DNA of 63,796 nucleotides, filler included, from It is 15 parts of 15 records of this genome, joined end to end, with 100 filler letters (N's around TTAATTAATTAA, not from the genome) between each part and the next. Parts side by side here need not be neighbours in the genome. Positions count along the whole stretch, not along the records: positions 54,991 to 59,891 come from SRR15195285_7637; positions 59,992 to 63,796 come from SRR15195285_7643; 13 more parts are not named here. One strand, 5' to 3'. Shown piece by piece: positions 59,822 to 63,796 of this stretch (position 1 is its first letter; each line of letters starts with the position of its first letter). The notes under the pieces were generated by a model. It saw only the letters and a program-made list of their open reading frames with translations, ran no database searches and was not told where the DNA came from. The position numbers and the translations under genes were made by a program.

Positions 59822-59862
59822 CTGCGCATTCAGCATGGCGTAGCGGTGAGCACGTGCCAATC

Positions 59863-59891
59863 TAGCAGCAGCAGCAGCAGCAGCAGCAGCA
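59863..59891. repeat. (CAG)n microsatellite at contig end
   Basis: Directly visible. Confidence 0.9.
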
Positions 59892-60181
59892 NNNNNNNNN
59901 NNNNNNNNNNNNNNNNNNNNNNNNNNNNNNNNNNNTTAATTAATTAANNNNNNNNNNNNNNNNNNNNNNNNNNNNNNNNNNNNNNNNNNNNTTCCGGCGC
60001 TCATCGATTGACTCCTGGATCGCAACGCCGTTCGGGCAGGATACGCTCCCCACCGATGTACCCCCGACGCCCGCGGCGCGATCCTGCACGGATCACCATC
60101 ACGCAGCACGGCCCGCGTCGGTCGGGCGCCACTGAAAGCTCAGGAAACATGATAGGGGCACACTGCCATACTATCAATAGT

Positions 60182-62144
60182 ATGGTGGCACTGCAGCGCG
60201 GTTCGGCGGTGGAGGTGTTCTACCGCGCCTGGGCGGACAGTGACGGCGACCAGAGGCACGAGTGGCATGCTGACAGAGCCGCCGCTGGCAGCGCAGGTGT
60301 CGCCTCGCCGCCGCTACGACTGACGGCAGGCTGGGTGGCGGCCAGTGTGCTCGAGGACTGCCGTACATCGGAAGGTGCTGGGGATGTGGTCATCCGCTAC
60401 GCCGATCGTCGCTGGTTTAACTCATACAACGAGCAGTTGGACGTCAGTGACCCTTGCAGCCTCGAGACCACGGTGCCTGGTGCCTTTGTGCGCTCGCCTG
60501 CCCAAACTTCGCCGCGGCCGAAGCTGTCCTTGTTTGCAGTGCGTTGGGGCGGTACCCCAGAGACGGCCGTCGACACGACTACATTTAACTGGGGCTCGAC
60601 GAATTCTTCCGTCAGCTCCACCTACTCCAACACACTCTTCAAGGTTCGTTCCGCTTCGTGCGCTCTCGGTGCCTCCCAGGGCCGGCTCAATCTGCGCTGC
60701 TGTGGTGCTTTCTGCTCAGGCTGTGGAGCGTAAACTTGGGTGTGACTTTGAAATTTTCTCGACATTCGTGAGTAGCACGACTGATCTACAGCATTTGGTC
60801 GCCGCGGCGCCCACTGTCGCTGGAGGGGCTCTGCAGCGTGGGCAAGCACGGGCCGCGATGTACTTTCTGTGGCCGGCGGCGTATGGAGAAGCAACAGATG
60901 CAGATGGATCGCTCCAACTTGGAGGTGGGTTTGTCGAAGCGTCGGCACTGCTGGAGCTCATGCGGACAGTGGAGAAAACTGGCGTCCCGTCACGCTTTCC
61001 ACACCCTGCTGCACTGTAAGGCCAGATCACACTCATACATCCAGTGCTTGAGCGGACTCAGCCAGCCTGATCCAGTGCTTGCGTGTGGTGGGCGTTCAGG
61101 TATGAAATGTTGGCCTCTAAGTCGTGGCAGTCCTCGTTTTGCGCCAATGCTTCACTGCATATCCCTCCAACTGTGGCCGTTCCGGTGGATCTGATTCGGG
61201 GTGATGCAGATCGCGCCGCTGTGGTGGCCCTTGAGCACCTCGCGTTGCTAGGTACGAGGTGCAGTGCCGATGCGACATGTCCACATGTAGTGAGAAAGCA
61301 GACAGAGAAAGAGGCACCACATTCGCTGTCAACACAGGCAGCGCTGACTAGTAAGAGATGGGCTGATGTTGCTCGTGAATCTACTAAGCTGAGGAGCAGC
61401 ACGAAGCAGCAGCACGTTCCAGGGATGGCAACATCTGACACCGATGTGGTGGTCAAGCTAGGATATAGCTGGGAGGCCGTGGACGTCACCAAGGTGCAGG
61501 TAGAGCTTCAGTCTCCGGCAGAAACCAGCGAATCCATAGTGAGAATAGGCAGGGCGCTGCGCGGAGCGGTGTCAGCACCAGGCTGTCGAAATGACTCTGT
61601 ATTGGTGCAGAGATTTGTCCGTGCATGTTGTGAGTTGCGGTTATTCGTGGTGGACGGAGTAGTCGTGGGTCGATATCTCGCGCGCTATGATGACACAACA
61701 GAAAGCGGGAAGTTTCAAAATTGGCGGCAGCTGGGACATGTAGAGGCTGCGGCTGAATGGTTCGGCGGGGATGCCGCGGCTTTAGCCGCTGCCGAGGCAG
61801 ACGCCGAGGCGCTGGTCCCTCGGCTACTCGCAGCGTTGCACACTGTATGTGCGGAGCCCGTGCCAGCGATTCGGTTGGACTTCCTACTCGAACAGCTCCC
61901 ATCCGGTACTGAGAAAGGCAGGGCATCGACCTTGGAAATTACGGAGGCTGGGTTCAGCATGTGCTTTTGGGAAGAGGGTCCAGCGCTGGTCTTTGACGCA
62001 ATTGTAAGGGCTTGCTTACACGGAGAAGGAGCAGCGCCGTCAGTTAGCAAGGAAAGTTCGACTACTCGACTACCAAAACGACAGAGAGAAGGGAACAGCC
62101 CCCAAATCGACAGCAGGAAGGCAACGTCAGCGACAGGGTCGTGA
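60182..62144 (+). CDS. ATP-grasp-fold protein with N-terminal Tudor/SH3-like beta domain; introns 60644-60719 and 61016-61099
   Basis: SKSW..., IPPTV, VVKLGYSWEA, VLVQRFV, ELRLFVVDG, IRLDF and LEITE follow the ATP-grasp motif order. Both introns are in phase. Confidence 0.72.
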
Positions 62145-62328
62145 CGAGGCCTGGCATTGTGCAAGCTCCCTAGTGGGTGCACCTAGAATACAAACATGAG
62201 GCGTGGACCGGCCGCACGGGCTGCCCGCTGGCAAACGTGAGCAGGTACAGTGCTAAAATGTACGCCATGTTCGAGTGGCCGCAGAGCAGTAATAGGTACA
62301 AAGGTCTGCATTAGCTGCACACCACAGT

Positions 62329-63585
62329 TCACATCTTTTCCCGCTGTTCGTTGATGCTCTGGAACACGGACGTCACTGCCGCATGAATGGCTTCGCTCTG
62401 CCCCGCAGCTATCTTCCTTCCAAACTTTTGCGTGAACTTGTCTGGATGCCAACGAAGCGATGCCTTCCGGAGAGCGGCCTTCTTCTCCTTCTCGGATGCA
62501 CCGTGTCGGAGGCACAGTGGATTAGATATAGGCGGCATTGGGATGCTAGCGAGAGTGATTGTAGGTGGAGAGCTCTCCTGGTCGTGGGTACGCTCAAACT
62601 TCTGAAACAGACTCTCATGCTCGGCAACACGCTTCTCCTGCTCTGCTTGCTGCCGTTTCCGAGCGGCAGCTGCCTCGGCAGCCGCCTTGGCCTGTCGTGC
62701 TGCATTGTCGCGCTGCTGACGCTGTGCACGTTCTGCATCGGCTTTGAATTGGTCCTCCTTCGAGCGCTGTGAGGACGACGGGGCTTGCTGTTCAGTACGG
62801 GGGGTGGTATGTTTCCTATTTGAGTGATTCTGCTGCCCGGAACGGCCCCGCGCTGCCCGGGCCGCTTCGGCAGCAGCCCGTGCAGCTGCTTCCAAGTTTG
62901 CCCACTCCGTCGCTGCGGCCTCCGCAGATGCCTCCGCCGCCGCTGCCGCCCGCTGTTGTTTCTCCCATGCCTCCCACTCCGCCTTTTTCTGATCCGCGCG
63001 CTCCTGCTCTGCCCTTTCCTCTTCCTTGCGAAGTTCTTCTTCCATCCGACGGTGCCAGTCTCCTGGAACTGGCTTGGGTGCAGCATCGCCAGCTGTCCAC
63101 CGCGCTTGTCGCGCACGCCGAGGGCCTCGCCTGGGGTCGCGCCGAGTTCCCTGCCCGAGTCCTCCCTGGTGGAAGATCTCCGGTGTTGCCGGGGCCTCTG
63201 GGTCATTGGCACGATCGCTGGGGTGTAGTGCTGGGTCTTGGCTGAGCGGCCCTGGCTGCGATGTCAGGTCTAGATCAAATTCTGGAGTCGCGTTGGCGCT
63301 GCTAAGCCACGCCATCTCGGCCTGCTCGGCCTGCTGCCGCCGCTGCCAGTGGTTGAACGGTCTCCACGCTCCTCGTAGCGAATCGAGTGCATCCTTGTTC
63401 GGATCCGATCGCTCCGCAGCGTCAGCTGGCTCACCAAAGATCTTCCGCCCGTACACATCGCGACGCGGAGCTTCGTCCGACGAAACGCCGAAACGCACCG
63501 GAGGCAGCGTCGCGTGGCCGCTGCTGCTCCGCCGCCTGGCGTGATGCACGGCCGCCGTCGGCCCAGCGCCCTTAGCCCACGCCAT
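62329..63585 (-). CDS. Coiled-coil protein with C-terminal NFKBIL1-like J-domain-like module
   Basis: IPMP...ALRKASLRWHPDKFTQKFG...VTSVFQSIN. Confidence 0.75.
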   Translation of the reverse strand: MAWAKGAGPTAAVHHARRRSSSGHATLPPVRFGVSSDEAPRRDVYGRKIFGEPADAAERSDPNKDALDSLRGAWRPFNHWQRRQQAEQAEMAWLSSANATPEFDLDLTSQPGPLSQDPALHPSDRANDPEAPATPEIFHQGGLGQGTRRDPRRGPRRARQARWTAGDAAPKPVPGDWHRRMEEELRKEEERAEQERADQKKAEWEAWEKQQRAAAAAEASAEAAATEWANLEAAARAAAEAARAARGRSGQQNHSNRKHTTPRTEQQAPSSSQRSKEDQFKADAERAQRQQRDNAARQAKAAAEAAAARKRQQAEQEKRVAEHESLFQKFERTHDQESSPPTITLASIPMPPISNPLCLRHGASEKEKKAALRKASLRWHPDKFTQKFGRKIAAGQSEAIHAAVTSVFQSINEQREKM

Positions 63586-63796
63586 CCCACTGCGTGGTCA
63601 GCACCCGTGGTGGCCATCCGTCTCCTCGCTTGCGTTCATCGCTTCCATTGCGGCGGCCTGGCGGTGCCACTGCAGGGCGCTTCGAGGCATGCAACCGTTC
63701 CCTCGCGACTACGCCGACTTCGCGTTCCACCGTTCCGGTTCCTGGACCCTGAGGTTGTCACCGTCCGCTTGCTCAGTCGAGATGCCGAAAACAGAG

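Overview
This is not one locus. It is 15 short eukaryotic contigs (about 3-5.7 kb) joined by artificial 100-nt spacers (N44-TTAATTAATTAA-N44). Contigs: 1-3287, 3388-8960, 9061-12996, 13097-17135, 17236-20534, 20635-24189, 24290-28017, 28118-32028, 32129-37777, 37878-42834, 42935-47726, 47827-51442, 51543-54890, 54991-59891, 59992-63796. The DNA is a gene-dense, GC-rich protist nuclear genome with short (about 70-200 nt) GT-AG introns, most often starting GTGCG or GTACG. Recognisable genes: plant-type mitochondrial NAD-malic enzyme, two ABCA transporters, secreted GH2 beta-mannosidase, a bacterial-like glycosidase, two JmjC proteins, a Rho-PH fusion, xanthine/aldehyde oxidase, a large EGF-repeat protein, a p25alpha-repeat protein, an ATP-grasp enzyme and an NFKBIL1-like protein. 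Top observations: (i) a patatin lipase with an aegerolysin-like domain and a PH domain nested inside its catalytic domain; (ii) an intron made almost wholly of antisense serine-carboxypeptidase coding DNA with 6-bp direct repeats at both junctions, consistent with recent intron gain; (iii) a kinase-PDZ-kinase(EF-hand)-TIR protein, a HET/TIR-like protein and a TRPM-like SLOG protein with an embedded RRM, together suggesting an expanded innate-immunity/nucleotide-signalling toolkit, although they are unlinked here; (iv) a 30-bp repeat at both ends of one contig, probably intronic. Lineage is inferred, not proven, to be an Archaeplastida-related heterotroph such as Picozoa. All domain calls are by-eye motif recognition; no database search was run. 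No rRNA, tRNA or CRISPR array was seen.
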